DNA of 64,000 nt from Fimbriosthenelais zetlandica (Eukaryota), in NCBI GenBank assembly GCA_977030845.1, contig OZ365109.1:53072001-53136000 (forward strand), written 5' to 3'. Positions 62,051 to 64,000 of the stretch are shown here, in pieces; the stretch's first letter is position 1, and each line of letters begins with the position of its first letter. A model generated the notes under the pieces. It was not told the DNA's origin, searched no databases, and saw only the letters and a program-made list of their open reading frames with translations. The position numbers and the translations under genes are program-made.

Positions 62051-64000
62051 GTACACATGCATTTTTCAGAACAACACGAAGAGGAAAGCCAAACAACGCA
62101 GCACTTCTAGATGGCCTCACCCAGACCCACTCAATTTCTCGTATCTAAATTGGATTCTGAGGTTCACTGCTCCAACAGGTTCAACTTGATGTCCCTCCCA
62201 AAGAGTACAGCTCAAATACTTAATATCCTTAACCCTTTTACTGTCACTATTGACAGCTACATCTGCTTTAGATACAGTCATATGCGGGTCCCTCCCTTTG
62301 GTCACAGGGCAAACTATTGGAATATGATGCTTATACGTACAAGTAGATGTGATGTCCTAAACCAACAACTTGTAAACTGTAATATGCATATATGAATAAT
62401 ATGAATATAAGTCAGGGAACATGTTTCTTTAAGTGGCAGTTATTCTGTATGCACTTGTAAATTGAAGAGTTTGCATGGGTTCTTTTTAAATTACAGTATA
62501 AATCAATAAAACAATAAAAGTCCGGCCTTACGTGGGAGTAAATTGTTTAACAAAGCACCATACATTCTCTCAGGCTATCTTCGTCATACAATCCATGTAA
62601 ATTATAAAAAAGAGTCGTTCAACAACTTTTGCCAGTTGGACTCCCTGCGACCAACGTGTAAATCGTTTTTGGTAAACGATATTTATTTGAACGAGCAAAT
62701 CCAATACTGTTGATAGGGAAAAAGTACTGAAATTATGATGGGTGAAGAGATTTAAATCTCAATTAAATGTTGTCAAGGACTTAACAATAATGGTGGTATA
62801 TTGGTCAGCAATCCAACAAATCAAGATTATGCCAGGAATTTGCCTCAGGCCCTCTTTTTGAAAAAACTTTCTCTAGAGAAAAAGCCCCCATCGATTAATT
62901 AAAGGAAATCACCTGAACGTTGCCAAGTGCCATTCACTGAGCCCATTCCATAGTTAAAATGGGGGCAATGAAAACGCTAGATCATTGCATAAATCACTTT
63001 TGGTCTTTTAATTTATGTTTAATGCACAGCAGCATTTCTTTCTATATGTTGTATGTTAGCTCGAAGGGTAATTACATTAAAAGCCTAAGTCTATCATCCA
63101 TTGTCGGTGTTCTCGTGCGAGGAGGGGTAGTGTAGTTATACATATAAGTTTCTAAAATATCCCTGCTTCCAGATCAATAAAAGTTTGCCTCAATGCATTA
63201 CATACCTACATACATCAACCCAGATTTATATAAAACGGTAAAACCCTGAGGATGCATATACCACTCTTTGAAGCCTTGATGGAATGGGTATTTAAAATGG
63301 AACCATACCTTCTGTAAATCATATATACAACTGATATCAGCCTTGAAAAATTGAACCATACTGAGAACAATTTACATGTATTAATGGATGTATTATGGTT
63401 TGCACTGGCAAGGTAGCAGTTGCTCTAAGTTCACAAACCATTAAATGTCCCATCGATCTGGTTGGTCTTTCCGCTGAAAGAAGCATCTGGTTTAAATGGC
63501 ATATAGTTATGTTGCTAATGCATGCCCTGCATTTTTATTCTTTCAAAATATATTAAAATCCATTGGTGTGATTGTGAAATCAAATATTGCAATATACACT
63601 CCCATATTATTCTTGTCCGTTTTCATCTTTGATCTAAGCCATAACTTAAGCCATAAACAGCAATTACAGTGGTCTAACTTAGAAATTACGCAAGCATCTA
63701 ACGCAGCGAAACATATTTATTTGGCACATCCACTTGCTGTTATTCGTTCCTCTACTGTTTACTACAGATTAGTAAACCCCCAGAATATACCCTCTACATA
63801 CATAAATAACCCAAACTGGGAAGCTAGCCATATCTAAGAGGGGAAGAAGTGACCGGAGGGCAAATCACTATTAAATATGAACAGATCTTCCAAGCAATCT
63901 TCTCTGGGTGTTCCTTTACCTGGGGCAGGCAGGGAGTGGCTGCCTGACCAGAGGTGACAAGCTTAATGCTGGATCATTTACCTCTAGTGCCACTCGCCTG

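Noticed and set aside
40200-64000. A tandem nAChR paralogue upstream
   Set aside because: No ORF or exon-like segment with Cys-loop receptor motifs was seen on either strand.
1-64000. The many 60-150 aa ORFs in the track
   Set aside because: Many begin at TTG/GTG, lack recognisable domains or consistent splice signals, and are of the length expected by chance in 64 kb.
1-64000. tRNA, rRNA, snRNA, known conserved miRNAs, CRISPR arrays or prokaryotic operons
   Set aside because: None recognised by eye. The DNA is clearly intron-rich eukaryotic sequence; tRNAscan-SE and Infernal would be needed to exclude small RNAs formally.

Overview
Eukaryotic (animal) genomic DNA. The only gene I can firmly reconstruct is a complete minus-strand nicotinic acetylcholine receptor alpha-subunit gene with five coding exons: join(complement(39036..39317, 21297..21341, 14319..14428, 10539..11565, 5381..5527)). 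All four introns are GT-AG (17694, 6868, 2753 and 5011 bp) and the reading frame is continuous across every junction. The product is 536 aa from the first ATG, or 518 aa from the ATG at 39263. It has a signal peptide, a Cys-loop, vicinal loop-C cysteines, a cation-type GEK motif before M2 and four TM helices. It resembles the insect alpha1-alpha4 type subunits, and a lophotrochozoan-like marine invertebrate host is my inference only. The rest of the window is mainly non-coding: microsatellite, poly-T, local duplications, degenerate interspersed repeats and several regulatory-motif clusters. Two weak candidates for neighbouring genes lie at about 0.8-1.4 kb (minus) and about 61.5-62.1 kb (plus). 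The most interesting observation is at the 5' end of intron 4. An in-frame extension there encodes a hydrophobic M4-like helix, followed by a stop and a second perfect splice donor 6 nt later, which suggests an alternative C-terminus or recursive splicing. I found no prokaryotic features, rRNA or tRNA genes, or intact transposon ORFs. All analysis was by eye; no database searches were run.
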